A stretch of DNA of 64,000 nt, from the NCBI GenBank assembly GCA_963717525.1, contig OY970343.1, positions 576,001 to 640,000 of the forward strand. Reading direction: 5' to 3'. The stretch's first letter is position 1; each line of letters begins with the position of its first letter. Both the position numbers and the translations under genes were made by a program. Positions 9,221 through 20,676 of the stretch are shown in pieces. A model generated the notes under the pieces. That model did not search any database and was not told the DNA's origin. It worked only from the letters and a program-made list of their open reading frames with translations. The DNA comes from an uncultured Methanoregulaceae archaeon. GTDB taxonomy: Archaea > Halobacteriota > Methanomicrobia > Methanomicrobiales > Methanospirillaceae.

Positions 9221-11392
9221 ATGGCAGACCATAAGGACGGGCTGATGGACAAGTTCCCCCATGTACCTGAACAGTTATCCGGGCTTGTGGATCTGGCATA
9301 CAATCTCTGGTGGAGCTGGCACCCGGAAGCACGGGTACTCTTTAAGCAGATCAACCAGCAGGCATGGAAAAAAAGCATCCATAATCCGGTGAAGATGCTC
9401 CAGGAGATTCCTGCCGAATTCATGGACGCAGTTCTTTCAAATACGGAATATCTCCGTCGTTATGATATCATCATGAACCGTTTTTCCCGGTACATGACCC
9501 ACAACAACGGGTGGTTCTCAGAGCAATATCCCAAAGGCAGGTCGCTCACCATTGCCTATTTTTCAGCGGAATACGGCCTCCACCACTCGCTGCCGTTTTA
9601 TGCTGGCGGTCTCGGGTTCCTGGCCGGCGATCACTTAAAGGAGTGCAGCGATCTCGGGGTTCCGCTGGTCGCCGTGGGGTTCATGTACTCCGAAGGGTAC
9701 CTCCACCAGCACATCCGTCCTGATGGCTGGCAGGATAATATTACCGAAATGCTGGATCGCGATGCAGCGCCCATCACGCGGGTCCTGAACACTTCCGGTG
9801 ACCAGATGGTGGTACAGGTCCCCTTTATCGAACCCCCGATCCATGTTGCGGTGTGGAAGGTCGCTGTGGGCAAGATCCCGCTCTACCTGCTCGATACCGA
9901 TATTCCTGCAAATATCCCTGAAAACAGGACCATCTCCCATCGCCTGTACGCAGAGCAGACCGAGCAGCGCTTAAAACAGGAGATAGTACTCGGGATCGGC
10001 GGGCGCAAAGTGCTCAGCGATATGGGTATAGATTTTTCGGCCCTCCACCTCAACGAAGGGCACCCGGTGTTTGCGCAGCTGGAGCGGATCCGGGAACGCG
10101 TTGCAAAAGGCGTGAGCTTTACTGATGCCATGAATCAGGTGAAGGGGACCGCCGTTTTTACCACCCACACACCGGTTCCTGCCGGGAATGATATTTTCCC
10201 CCTCGATCTTATGCGCAAATATTTTTCCGGTTATTACCCGCAGCTGGGTATCGATGAGGAGACCTTTTTTAAGCTCGGGCACCATCCCTGCGATGCGGGC
10301 ACCGGCTTTAACATGACCGCATTCGCCCTCAAGCTCACCCAGTTCCATAACGGGGTGTCAAAGAAACACGGCACGGTTGCCCGCGAGATGTGGCGCTGCC
10401 TGTGGCCGGACCTCCCGGTACAGGATATCCCCATCGATCATATCACAAACGGGGTTCACATTCCGACATGGCTGAACCCCCGGATGGAAATCCTCTATTC
10501 AAAGTACTTCAGCACTATTGATCCCCAGTGGCAGATGAACCGGGATAACCCGGAGATCTGGCAGATGGTTGACGAAATTCCGGATAAGGCTCTCTGGGAG
10601 GAACATATCTGGCTGAAACAAAAGCTCTTCAACAGGATCCGGGAAAAAAAGCGGATCAAATGGGGAAGCCAGTTAAACGAGCCCGGCAACCTCGTGGCAG
10701 AAGGCCTGATGCTCAACCCCTCTGTCCTCACCATCGGGTTTGCCCGCCGTTTTTCTGCCTATAAACGGGCAGACCTGATCTTTCACGACCGGGCCCGTCT
10801 CCGGCGGATCCTGACCAATCCCTGGCGTCCGGTGCAGATCATATTCGCCGGGAAAGCGCATCCTGCCGATAACGAGGGGAAAGAAATCCTGCAACGCATA
10901 TACGAGTTTTCCCAGCAGCCGGAATTTGGTGGCCGGATCGGATTTGTCGAGGATTACGGGGAACAGATGGCCCAGTACCTGGTCCATGGCGTGGATGTCT
11001 GGATGAACAATCCCATCCCTCCCATGGAGGCATGCGGGACGAGCGGTATGAAGGCGTCATTAAACGGTGTACTCAACCTGAGTATTCTTGACGGGTGGTG
11101 GATTGAGGGGTACAATGGGAAGAATGGCTGGGCCTTTGAAGGTGAGGAGTCTCCGGCATCCCGTGATGCATCAGACGCAGCCGCCCTCTATACCCTGCTT
11201 GAAAACGAAGTGGCGCCTCTTTACTACTCTGCCTATCTCGACGGAATACCCCATGGCTGGGTCAAGAAGATGAAAGAGACCATAAAAAGCACCAGTGCGG
11301 CATTTTCCGCCCGGCGTATGGTCAAAGAATATGTCACCAGGTACTACCCCTCTCTCCTGGCATGTGCGGAAAACGAGTGCTCCCTCCACTGA
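9221..11392 (+). CDS. glgP: alpha-glucan (glycogen/maltodextrin) phosphorylase
   Basis: NLWWSW, YFSAEYG, GGLGFLAGD, HLNEGH, FARRF..YKR, EACGTSGMK PLP motif. Confidence 0.95.
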   Translation: MADHKDGLMDKFPHVPEQLSGLVDLAYNLWWSWHPEARVLFKQINQQAWKKSIHNPVKMLQEIPAEFMDAVLSNTEYLRRYDIIMNRFSRYMTHNNGWFSEQYPKGRSLTIAYFSAEYGLHHSLPFYAGGLGFLAGDHLKECSDLGVPLVAVGFMYSEGYLHQHIRPDGWQDNITEMLDRDAAPITRVLNTSGDQMVVQVPFIEPPIHVAVWKVAVGKIPLYLLDTDIPANIPENRTISHRLYAEQTEQRLKQEIVLGIGGRKVLSDMGIDFSALHLNEGHPVFAQLERIRERVAKGVSFTDAMNQVKGTAVFTTHTPVPAGNDIFPLDLMRKYFSGYYPQLGIDEETFFKLGHHPCDAGTGFNMTAFALKLTQFHNGVSKKHGTVAREMWRCLWPDLPVQDIPIDHITNGVHIPTWLNPRMEILYSKYFSTIDPQWQMNRDNPEIWQMVDEIPDKALWEEHIWLKQKLFNRIREKKRIKWGSQLNEPGNLVAEGLMLNPSVLTIGFARRFSAYKRADLIFHDRARLRRILTNPWRPVQIIFAGKAHPADNEGKEILQRIYEFSQQPEFGGRIGFVEDYGEQMAQYLVHGVDVWMNNPIPPMEACGTSGMKASLNGVLNLSILDGWWIEGYNGKNGWAFEGEESPASRDASDAAALYTLLENEVAPLYYSAYLDGIPHGWVKKMKETIKSTSAAFSARRMVKEYVTRYYPSLLACAENECSLH

Positions 11393-11544
11393 TTTTTTGA
11401 TAAAAGGGACAGGAGATACGGGAATAGTGAGGGAAAACAGCCGGGCCGGTTATTTTTAACCTAGGTGAAATTCCAAGGGGCGGGCATTTATGAAGGATGA
11501 AGAATACCGGTGCAAAGCCGGCGGGAGATAAAAAGAAAAAAACC

Positions 11545-11778
11545 GGCTTTGTAGAAATCCTGAAATGAGATTTGTAAGGATGTTCTTTTTGGGCTGCAGC
11601 CCCCGCCGCTTTGGCAACCCCTGGTTACGATAATACCGTATTACCTGCAACACAAAAATGGAAAGATGGATGTTTCTTGTGCAGGTAAAACAAAGGCATC
11701 GCTTATGCCCCCGCCCCCTTTGGGGACAGGGCTGGCGTAAGGGGGGCTGTATCTCTTAAAAAAAGTTTTCTCCAGAGC
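11545..11778. mobile_element. MITE family A, copy 2
   Basis: Ends ggctttgtagaaatcc / agttttctccagagc; flanks aaaaaaacc / aaaaaaatc (8/9); colinear with copy 1. Confidence 0.8.
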
Positions 11779-11802
11779 AAAAAAATCTGAAAAACCTTTT
11801 TT

Positions 11803-12000
11803 TCAGCATTCATCCAGCATTTTTTTCATCATTTTCATAGTTTCGATCTTGAACTGGAAATGCTTGATCATTCCCTCTTTCATCATGATCTTTCCGTCGA
11901 TCATGCGCTTCATCATGGTCTTCTTCTGATCATCGTTTAACTTTTCCCACATCTCTGTCATGAGCGTTTCATGCTGCTGCATCATTCCCTGTTCGTGCAT
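11803..12000 (-). CDS. small Met-rich helical protein (65 aa)
   Basis: ATG at 12000 preceded by AGGAG; 15 Met in 65 aa. Confidence 0.7.
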   Translation of the reverse strand: MHEQGMMQQHETLMTEMWEKLNDDQKKTMMKRMIDGKIMMKEGMIKHFQFKIETMKMMKKMLDEC

Positions 12001-12363
12001 GGTGTTTTCAACTCCTGGTTCCGGCAGGCCGGATCGAACGTGTTTTTCTTGGACAGGAAAATAAAATATTGTCCAGCTTTCAGCGGGTGTGACAAAGTTT
12101 GAAGTTCCTGCACAGGATCCCTTTTTGTGGGAATACAAAAAGACCATGCATGAGTTATCCGGATCCTTCTTTGTACCAGACTCCCCGGGGAAATATAAAA
12201 TGGACATACTACCGGGTCATTTCAAAATTTGTAATATGACAAAACGTTTTTTAAGTCCTTAAAAAGGTTTTTATTGTCATATTTATCGATCTATGTACCG
12301 GCGGCTGTGCGTCGCTTTTGATATGCGCATCTTTCACGGTACTACCGGTGGTGATACTGGCAG

Positions 12364-15300
12364 ATGAGAAAAGGGAGCAGTAAAAAAACAAAAACGGATC
12401 TGCCGGAATCACACGAGTCCCCTGCCCCTGGCGATGATAAGGGTGCCGGTCGTGCGAAATCCAGGCGCACTCCTCCCGGGAAGGAGCAGGCGCTGGAAGC
12501 GCTTCAGGAGAGCGAATCAGTCCTGCGCAGTTTCTTTGATTCATCGGGTGCAATGCGGGGCATCGTCGAAGTGATCGCAGAGGATGATGTACGCCATATC
12601 ACCGATAATGCAGTGACTGCTTCTTTTCTCGGCCTGACACCTGAGGCCATGAAAAACAAACGTGGCTCTGAACTGGGCGAACCGCCTGATATCCTGCGGA
12701 AGTGGATTGGCCACTATACCGACAGCCGGAAAAGCGGGAAACCGGAGACATTCGAGTACTTTGACAAGCGGGGGAGACCGGGGGCCTGGCTTCTTGCCAC
12801 CGTCAGTTACCTGGGGACACCTCCCCACGGGTACCCCCGGTTCGCCTATGTGGTCCTCGATATAACCGAAAGCAAGCGGGCCAAATCTGCCCTCATGGAG
12901 AGCGAAGAGCGGATGCGCTTCGCGCTGGAGATCAGCCACACCGGGGCATGGGATCTCGACCTGACAGACCATACCGCCCACCGTTCGCAGGAGCATGACA
13001 AAATCTTTGGTTATTCCGGGATTCTCCCCACGTGGACGTACGAAATATTCCTCGATCATGTGCTTCCGGAGGATCGCGCTCTCGTAGATTCGAAGTTCCG
13101 CCACGCCGTGAATACAGGGGGCGACTGGAACTTTGAATGCCGGATCCGGCACACTGATGGTGAAATCCGCTGGATCTGGGCGGCCGGCCGGCACCGCACC
13201 GGTGGTTCCGGCACGCTGGGAAGGATGATGGGAATCGTTCAGGATATCACCGAACGAAAAGAGGCCGATGAGGCGCTCCGGGAGAGTGAGGAGCGGTTCC
13301 GGGTCATTGCTGAGACATCCCCCGTGCTGTTATCGGTGAGCAGTGTATCTGACGGTACGATCCTCTTTACCAACCCTGCCTATGATCGTGCATTCGGATT
13401 CCCACCGGGCGAAATTATCGGGATGCCTGCAAAGGAACTGATTTACGATCCCGCCGAACGTGACGCAGTCATCGATATCCTGCATGAGACCGGGGAGATA
13501 CGGGATCGCGAGGTAAGAGTTATAAGAAAAGACGGGACCCCCTTCTGGGTCTCTATATCGCTCGCCCACATCAGATTCAACGGAAACGAGGCGATCCTGG
13601 GAGGTTCAGTTGATGTCACGGATCGCAGGAGTGCGGAAGCGGCGCTGCGCGAGAGTGAGGTACGGTACCGCACTGTAGCAGATTTTACCTATGACTGGGA
13701 GTTCTGGATCGATCCTGATGGCCGGTTCATCTACCTTTCACCATCGGCCGAAAAGATCCTGCGCAGGCCGGTTAGCCAGTATACCTCTGCTGAGGCGCTT
13801 TTCCGGGATGTAACGCACCCTGACGATCTCTGCACCCTGCTTGCACACACGGCTCATGATATGACCGGGCAGGGTCCCTCTGAAATGGAGTTCCGGATCG
13901 TACGCCCGGATGGCGAGGTGCGCTGGATCCAGCATGTATGCCAGCCGATCATTGACGCGGAAGGGAGATTTTTGGGCACGCGGGGTTCGAACAGGGACAC
14001 CACCGAGCGCAAACAGGCAGAGGAAGCTCTGCAGAAAGCCCGCGACGAACTGGAGAGCCGTGTTGAGGAGCGCACCGCTGAGCTCAGGGAGGCGGTACAA
14101 TCTGCCGTTACCGAACGCCACCGGCTCTACGATGTTCTTGAGGCGCTCCCTGTGTATGTCTGCCTGCTCGACAAGGACTACCGCATGCCATTTGCCAACA
14201 GGTACTTCCGGGAAACCTTTAAGGAACCGCAAGGGCGCCGTTGTTATGACTTCCTTTTCAACCGGAAAAAACCCTGTGAGACCTGCGAGACCTACACCGT
14301 CATGAAGACCCGTGCGCCTCATCACTGGTTCTGGACCGGCCCGAACGGCAGGGACTACGATATCTACGACTTCCCCTTCACGGATACCGATGGGTCCTTC
14401 ATGATACTCGAGATGGGTATAGATATTACAGAACAGAAGAAGGCCGAAGGAGCGCTGAAAAAAGCGAATGCATATAACCGGAGCCTGATCGAGGCGAGCG
14501 TCGACCCGCTGGTCACCATCAACCCGGATGGGACTATCAGCGACGTCAACGAAGCAACGATCCGGGTCACCGGTTTTTCCCGGGAGGAACTGATAGGGAC
14601 CGATTTCTCTGACTATTTCACGGAGCCGGAAAAGGCAAAGGGAGGGTACGAGAAAGTATTCCGTGACGGGTCGGTGACCGACTATGCACTGGAGATCCGG
14701 CACAGGAACGGACAGGTGACTCCGGTTCTCTACAACGCGGTCGTGTACCGGGACGCGGCAGGGAATGTCACCGGTGTCTTTGCCGCTGCCCGTGACATCA
14801 CCGGGCAGAAAAAGGCCGAAGAGGCGATCCAGAAAGCAAACGATCTCCTTGAGAAGCGGGTGAAAGAACGGACCTCAGAACTGGTGCAGTCCAATGCAAA
14901 TCTCAAAGAAGAAATTTCCCAGCGCAGGCTGGCGGAATCCCTGGTGAAAAAAACCGTATCCGAACTGAATGCAGCCATTGAATCAACAGTCGACGGGATT
15001 TATGTCATAGACAGGGCCGGGAAGATCATCCGGTATAACCAGAATTTTGCATCCATGTGGAAGATTCCGGACGAATTGTTGCACAGCGGTGAAGACCGTG
15101 CGGTGTCTGGATATCTGAAAACACAGGTAAAAAATCCCGGGTTGTTTAAGGACAGTGATGATGAATATAATCCTCCTAGGGATCGTGAGACCTATGACAT
15201 GCTGGAACTTAAGGATGGCAGGATTTTTGAACGATATTCAAAACCCCAGAAGATGGACGCTCTGATCATCGGCAGGGTCATGAGTTACCGGGATGTCACC

Positions 15301-15957
15301 GAACGCCGGCACGCCGAGGAAAAACTGATCGCTTCCCTCCAGGAAAAAGAGACCCTTATCCGGGAGATCCACCACCGGGTCAAAAACAACCTCCAGATCA
15401 TATCCGGTCTTCTGGATATGACGCGGATGCGGACGTCTGATAGTACAACAAACAGCATCCTGACCGACATGATGCTGAAGATCAAGACCATGGCACAGAT
15501 CCATACGCGGCTGTACGAGAGCAAACAGTTCGATAAGATCAACATGGGTGTCCAGATCCGGGACCAGGTATCAGACCTGTCCAACATATACGGCCGTACA
15601 GGTGCCGAGATCTCCTGCGAGATCGACGCTGGCGATATCTACCTGCCGGTCGACCAGGCCCTCCCCTGCGCTCTCGTGGTAAACGAGATCCTTTCCAATG
15701 CATTCAAACATGCGTTCAGGGGGAAAAAGCACGGGAATCTGAGGATTTCCGCAACACAGGCGGACGACCACATCTGTATCATCGTCCATGATGACGGGGT
15801 CGGGATCCCCGAAGATCTGGATGTCTACCGGACCACCAGCCTGGGATTCAAACTTATCCGCAGTCTCGTAACGCAGCTGAACGGGTCTGTTTCTATCAGC
15901 AGTGCCCATGGCACGGAAGTGACGGTGGAATTCCCTGTCCATACCGGAGGTAAATAA
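12364..15957 (+). CDS. multi-PAS cytoplasmic histidine kinase (HisKA_2 type)
   Basis: About 7 PAS/PAC units ending in DITE/DVTE-type motifs; [12 protein letters not shown]-box; NAFKHAF, DDGVG, SLG..L. Confidence 0.93.
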   Translation: MRKGSSKKTKTDLPESHESPAPGDDKGAGRAKSRRTPPGKEQALEALQESESVLRSFFDSSGAMRGIVEVIAEDDVRHITDNAVTASFLGLTPEAMKNKRGSELGEPPDILRKWIGHYTDSRKSGKPETFEYFDKRGRPGAWLLATVSYLGTPPHGYPRFAYVVLDITESKRAKSALMESEERMRFALEISHTGAWDLDLTDHTAHRSQEHDKIFGYSGILPTWTYEIFLDHVLPEDRALVDSKFRHAVNTGGDWNFECRIRHTDGEIRWIWAAGRHRTGGSGTLGRMMGIVQDITERKEADEALRESEERFRVIAETSPVLLSVSSVSDGTILFTNPAYDRAFGFPPGEIIGMPAKELIYDPAERDAVIDILHETGEIRDREVRVIRKDGTPFWVSISLAHIRFNGNEAILGGSVDVTDRRSAEAALRESEVRYRTVADFTYDWEFWIDPDGRFIYLSPSAEKILRRPVSQYTSAEALFRDVTHPDDLCTLLAHTAHDMTGQGPSEMEFRIVRPDGEVRWIQHVCQPIIDAEGRFLGTRGSNRDTTERKQAEEALQKARDELESRVEERTAELREAVQSAVTERHRLYDVLEALPVYVCLLDKDYRMPFANRYFRETFKEPQGRRCYDFLFNRKKPCETCETYTVMKTRAPHHWFWTGPNGRDYDIYDFPFTDTDGSFMILEMGIDITEQKKAEGALKKANAYNRSLIEASVDPLVTINPDGTISDVNEATIRVTGFSREELIGTDFSDYFTEPEKAKGGYEKVFRDGSVTDYALEIRHRNGQVTPVLYNAVVYRDAAGNVTGVFAAARDITGQKKAEEAIQKANDLLEKRVKERTSELVQSNANLKEEISQRRLAESLVKKTVSELNAAIESTVDGIYVIDRAGKIIRYNQNFASMWKIPDELLHSGEDRAVSGYLKTQVKNPGLFKDSDDEYNPPRDRETYDMLELKDGRIFERYSKPQKMDALIIGRVMSYRDVTERRHAEEKLIASLQEKETLIREIHHRVKNNLQIISGLLDMTRMRTSDSTTNSILTDMMLKIKTMAQIHTRLYESKQFDKINMGVQIRDQVSDLSNIYGRTGAEISCEIDAGDIYLPVDQALPCALVVNEILSNAFKHAFRGKKHGNLRISATQADDHICIIVHDDGVGIPEDLDVYRTTSLGFKLIRSLVTQLNGSVSISSAHGTEVTVEFPVHTGGK

Positions 15958-15959
15958 CC

Positions 15960-17303
15960 ATGTCAAAGATCCTTGTTGTTGATGATGAAGCGATTATAAC
16001 AATGCAGCTGGAAGAACGCCTGACCGCGATGGGATATACCGTTGCCGGGATGGCGTCATCGGGTGAGGACGCTATCGAGAAGGCACGGCGGCTTATACCG
16101 GACCTGGTGCTCATGGACATTGTCATGCCGGGAAAGATGAACGGTATTGAAGCGGCAAAGACCATTGCCGAACTGGAGATCCCGGTGGTCTTTGTCACGT
16201 CATACGCAGACGATGCAATCATCGAGAAAGCAAAGCAGGTCAGGCCCTACGGGTATATTGTAAAACCCTTCAATGAACTGGAGATCAAGGCTGCGATCGA
16301 GGTCGCCCTGTTCCGGAAGACTGCGGAACAGGAGCTTCGCAAGGCCGCCCACTCAGCTCAGGAGAAGAGCGCCCGCCATCCGGGAAGTGATGCAGAGGAT
16401 GATGGCGGCGCGGAATATATTGACCTGCCGGAGATCAAGACGGTCCTTTTAAAAGATATTTTTACCGATATTGTTCTTTTCCTGTATGCCGATCCTACCT
16501 TAAAAGAGCCGATATTCAGGTTCGCCCTTGAGGCCGGGCTGAAAAAAAGAGGGCGCAATTTCTTTGCCTATCACCGGTCCACCCTGCAGAAATATTTTTT
16601 AAAGGAGATCCAGCACGGGGACCTTTTCATGCGACGGGTAAAGAAGGGCGAGGTGTATCTCCTGCCCGGCATTCTTGAGAAATGTTCAGGATCGTTACCC
16701 CGGGACCCGGCGGCCAGCACGCTTCAGGTCCTCTTTGATTTTTCCGAAACGGACGAGTTTTCCGATATTCTCACCGTAAAAGATCTTATTCTCGCAAAGA
16801 AGAGCCAGGGAGTACCCCTTTCGGGTATCATTGCCGTGAATATGGCCGATATCGATCACAACCAGATAAAACTGCTCTCCGATGGCATTGCAAAGATCAT
16901 CATATCCACCGGTAAAGAAACAACCCTTTCTTTTGCCAACCTCTCCTTCCCTTCCGAATCGGTCGCCGTTGTTCCCCAGGCAACCATCGATGATGTCGTG
17001 AAAAAGTCGCTTGAACCGGTGGTGCTCTCGCTCCTGGAAAAACCCATATCCGGCTATGATATCGTCCACGAAATCCACAACCGTTATAATGTTCTCATTC
17101 CCCAGGCACGGATTTACACGTACCTCTATGATCTTGAACAGAAAGGATACCTCCTGATGAAGACCTCGGGAAAATCAAAACTGTATTCTCCCACAGATTC
17201 CGGAAAAAAGTATATTCATAACCGGTTGAACGAGTTCAAGTTTGTTTTCCGGCATATCATGGGAGAGAGTGCCCCTGCCATCACTCCCCCCGAGAAGAAA
17301 TAA
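15960..17303 (+). CDS. response regulator: REC + MEDS-like middle domain + C-terminal PadR-type wHTH
   Basis: ILVVDDE, LMDI.MPG, KPF; C-terminus VLSLLEKPISGYDIVHEI...IYTYLYDLEQKGY..Y..T..GK; middle-domain assignment tentative. Confidence 0.8.
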   Translation: MSKILVVDDEAIITMQLEERLTAMGYTVAGMASSGEDAIEKARRLIPDLVLMDIVMPGKMNGIEAAKTIAELEIPVVFVTSYADDAIIEKAKQVRPYGYIVKPFNELEIKAAIEVALFRKTAEQELRKAAHSAQEKSARHPGSDAEDDGGAEYIDLPEIKTVLLKDIFTDIVLFLYADPTLKEPIFRFALEAGLKKRGRNFFAYHRSTLQKYFLKEIQHGDLFMRRVKKGEVYLLPGILEKCSGSLPRDPAASTLQVLFDFSETDEFSDILTVKDLILAKKSQGVPLSGIIAVNMADIDHNQIKLLSDGIAKIIISTGKETTLSFANLSFPSESVAVVPQATIDDVVKKSLEPVVLSLLEKPISGYDIVHEIHNRYNVLIPQARIYTYLYDLEQKGYLLMKTSGKSKLYSPTDSGKKYIHNRLNEFKFVFRHIMGESAPAITPPEKK

Positions 17304-17328
17304 CATTTTTTAGTAATTGTAAAATATC

Positions 17329-17461
17329 AGTCTTCAAAAAGATAATGGGAAAATCCAAGACTCAATCAATTGAAGTTATAAGATTTAAAAGCATGAGGAA
17401 TTCGCTCTCGGGGGCTAAAGCCCCCGCCGCTCGGGCACCCGAAAACGCTTTTCTTCAGACT
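17329..17461. mobile_element. short/internally deleted relative of MITE family A
   Basis: 17403-17431 matches 3125-3153 at 28/29; ends agtct / agact; flanks taaaatatc / aaaaatata (7/9). Confidence 0.55.
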
Positions 17462-17998
17462 AAAAATATACATTTTTCACCACATTGGGGCTGATTGTTG
17501 ACAATCACCTAATATTTTTTGAAAATTATCTGCTTTCCCGCCAGAATGCCCGAAAAGGACCGGTATCTTTCCTGCCATGAGTGAGTGTCCGGCTCGCTTT
17601 TGGGATCAGGAACAGGGATCCTATATGACAAAATATGAAACAATCCCTGAAATATCCGGTAACCTATATGGAGAGGACAAAAGAAAGGAGGGATGTGTGG
17701 GTAGGTGATTTACCCACATCAAGGGCAAATGCCATGCCACAAAAATTCAACCCTCATCAATCTTTGAAAAACACCCTGCGGGGAGGAGACCGGATAAGAG
17801 AAAGGGGTGGGGAAGCCAACCGTATACGCATCAGAAAATTGTCTGATTAAAAACTGTTTGCAGACAAATCGCTTAGTCCAACAATAATATCTGCCGGTTC
17901 CCTGGCAACGGGCAGTGCTGCCGGGGACAAAAAATCCCCACAAACATCCCTCAAACCAGACCGGGTTAAAAAGGCTCCGGCAAAGGACCCTGACAAAA

Positions 17999-18304
17999 AT
18001 GAGAGAACGAGATACTTTTCAGGAAGATAGCGGGTTCGATCCGCCGATCAGCAAGTCTTACACTGGCAGGCATATCTACCTCACTATCGATCTCCAGGGG
18101 GTGGCGGAAGAACAAATCCGGATAGACCTTGAAAAGACTGCTTTTACCTTATCCATATATGAGAATGAAAAGACGTTCCGGAAAGTGATCCGGATCCCGG
18201 AAGGGGTACGGCTATTCAGGAAAAAGTTCTCTGACGGAATACTGGAAATCGTCCTTGAAAAACCGGCGTCCTCCTATTACCGGCGAAGAAACGCCCGTTC
18301 TTAA
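17999..18304 (+). CDS. divergent Hsp20/alpha-crystallin-like protein
   Basis: IDLQGVAEEQIRIDL...F.DGILEIVLEK. Confidence 0.7.
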   Translation: MRERDTFQEDSGFDPPISKSYTGRHIYLTIDLQGVAEEQIRIDLEKTAFTLSIYENEKTFRKVIRIPEGVRLFRKKFSDGILEIVLEKPASSYYRRRNARS

Positions 18305-18448
18305 TCCCGGTTTTATCGTTATCTCATATTTTGTTTCATAGTTTGCATTTCACAAAAGAGCCTATACCCTCGTATTGATTATTTTCATTCAAAGCGGGGA
18401 ATGTGCCGTAACGGACCATTATCCCTGTTCTTTATAAGGAGAAAGATC

Positions 18449-19066
18449 ATGGACGAAAACAAATTCTATACCTTACCCAAGCTGCCCTATGATTATGCAG
18501 CCCTGAAACCCTTTATTTCTGAAGAACAATTGAAACTGCACCACCAGAAGCATCACCAGGCCTATGTCACCGGTGCAAACGCCATCTATGAGAAACTCGA
18601 CAAGGTGCGCAAAGAGAACACGGACCTGGACATGAAGGCAACACTCAAGGAGTTGTCGTTCCATCTCGGGGGATTCAGGCTCCACAACCTGTTCTGGGAG
18701 AACCTTGCACCTGCGGGAAAAGGCGGAGGCGGGGTACCCAAAGGGGCCCTTGCGGAAGCGATCAACGCGGAGTTCGGGAAATTCGACCGGTTCAAAAAGG
18801 AGTTCACTCAGGCTGCAACCAGTGCCGAGGGCTCGGGGTGGGCTGCACTGTCCTTCTGCAGGAAGACCGGGCGCCTTCTCATCATGCAGATAGAGAAACA
18901 CAACACGAATGTCTTCCCCGGCTATGGTATCCTCATGGTCCTTGACGTCTGGGAGCACGCGTACTATCTCGATTACAAGAATGACCGGGCAAAATTCGTC
19001 GATGCCTTCTGGAACATCGTAAACTGGGATGAGATTGGCAAACGGTTTGACCAGATCCGGAAATGA
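18449..19066 (+). CDS. sod: Fe/Mn superoxide dismutase
   Basis: [41 protein letters not shown] upstream of ATG 18449. Confidence 0.96.
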   Translation: MDENKFYTLPKLPYDYAALKPFISEEQLKLHHQKHHQAYVTGANAIYEKLDKVRKENTDLDMKATLKELSFHLGGFRLHNLFWENLAPAGKGGGGVPKGALAEAINAEFGKFDRFKKEFTQAATSAEGSGWAALSFCRKTGRLLIMQIEKHNTNVFPGYGILMVLDVWEHAYYLDYKNDRAKFVDAFWNIVNWDEIGKRFDQIRK

Positions 19067-19152
19067 GAAAAAGACCGGGGGAGACACTCCCCGCTATGCC
19101 GCGTGCTCCTCGCAGCCCGGGGTATCACCGGAGAACACGGGTGGCCTGACGT

Positions 19153-20543
19153 ATGACTGCGGAGTATGATCTGGTGATTATCGGGAGCGGTGCCGCCGGT
19201 GTATCTGCAGCGACAACTGCAGTACATCTCGGTGCCTCCCGTATCGCAGTCGTCGAGCGGGGACCACTCTGGGGTACCTGTGTCAACACCGGGTGCATCC
19301 CGAGCAAGTTCCTCCTCACCCTGGCCGGTTATGCCTACTACCGGGGACATGGCCATCCCGGGGTCCATACGGAGAGCCGGCTCGATCTTGAGGAGGTGCT
19401 CACTGAAAAAAATGCGCTCCAGGAGAGCCTGAGGGAAAAAAAGCGTGATAACCTGTTCTCCCGGCTGGGTGTCGAGCTTATCGAAGGGGAAGCGAAATTT
19501 CTCTCTCCCCATGCACTGCAGGCCGGCACTAGGAAACTCACGTCAAAGCGGTTTATCATCGCAACCGGCTCATCACCTGCGATCCCGCCGGTAGAGGGGA
19601 TCGGATCTGTTCCGTTCATGACGAGCAGTGAGGCACTCAGCCCGGAACGCATCCCCGGCACGCTCATCATCATCGGGGGGAGAGCGCAGGGCCTTGAGTT
19701 CGCCCAGCTCTATGCCCACCTGGGAACCAAAGTCACCGTTCTCCAGAGGAGCCCGAGGATCCTCCTGAGGAGGACCCGGAGATCGCGGACCTGATGGCCG
19801 GTTATCTCGCACAGGAGGGTATTGATATCCTTACCGGGGTCGAAATCAGGCGTGCCAAACGATCGGGCGAGGCTGTTGTGATCGTTGCGGGCATCGGCGG
19901 AGAGCAGCGGACTCTCTCTGCAGATCGCCTCCTCCTTGCAACCGGACGTTCGCCGAACACACGGGAACTCAACGTCAGCGTTGCAGGAGTGAACACGGGA
20001 AAAGACGGTGCAGTCATCGTCGATCCGACCCTGATGACCTCGGCCCCGCACATCTGGGCGGCCGGTGATGTTACCGGGGGACCCATGCTTGAAACGGCAG
20101 CAAAGTATGGCGGGGAGATCGCAGCATCAAATGCCCTCCGGGAACTGAAACGATCGTATAACCGCGCCCTCCTCCCCCACGGGATCTTTACCGCGCCGCA
20201 GGTTGCGAGTGTGGGGATGACTGAAGAGAGCGCCCGCAGGGCCGGCCTCCAACCGGTATCGCACAGCATCAGCATGGATTCCCTGGCAAAATCCTCGATC
20301 GATGGGGATACGCGGGGCATCGTGAAGATTGTTACCGACCGGGGGAGCAGGCGTATCCTGGGGGTCCATATCTGTGCCCCGCTCGCCACCGAGATGATCC
20401 AGGAAGGGGTCATTGCTGTGATGAGGTACCTGACTGCAGACGATCTCGCAGAGATCCCGCACATCTTCCCTACTGCCACCGAAGCGCTTGCCGTGTGTGC
20501 CCGGGGCCTGCGGGAGCATACCCGGGATCGTCAGGAAGGGTGA
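19153..20543 (+). CDS. MerA-like pyridine nucleotide-disulfide oxidoreductase (1-nt frameshift at about 19765)
   Basis: GSGAAG, GTCVNTGCIPSK, IWAAGDV, HIFPT..E; ORFs 19153..19794 and 19794..20543 join by restoring one C; no C-terminal Cys-Cys. Confidence 0.85.
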
Positions 20544-20676
20544 TTCAGGCCCGTAAAACAGGGCGGGGGGACCGGCATATGCCGGGCACCTCTCATCAGG
20601 TGTTCTAAAATCTGGAAACTGCCACAATGGTTATCTAGTATTTTGGGAGAAAGACCCACAACAGTGAAGTGGTTGT

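Noticed and set aside
3090..11778. Composite transposon carrying the glycogen cluster between two MITE A copies
   Set aside because: Each copy has its own flanking duplication and the outermost flanks match less well, which favours independent insertions
17635..17850. 71-aa ORF in a long intergenic gap
   Set aside because: No motif, RBS or compositional support; not called, but cannot be fully excluded
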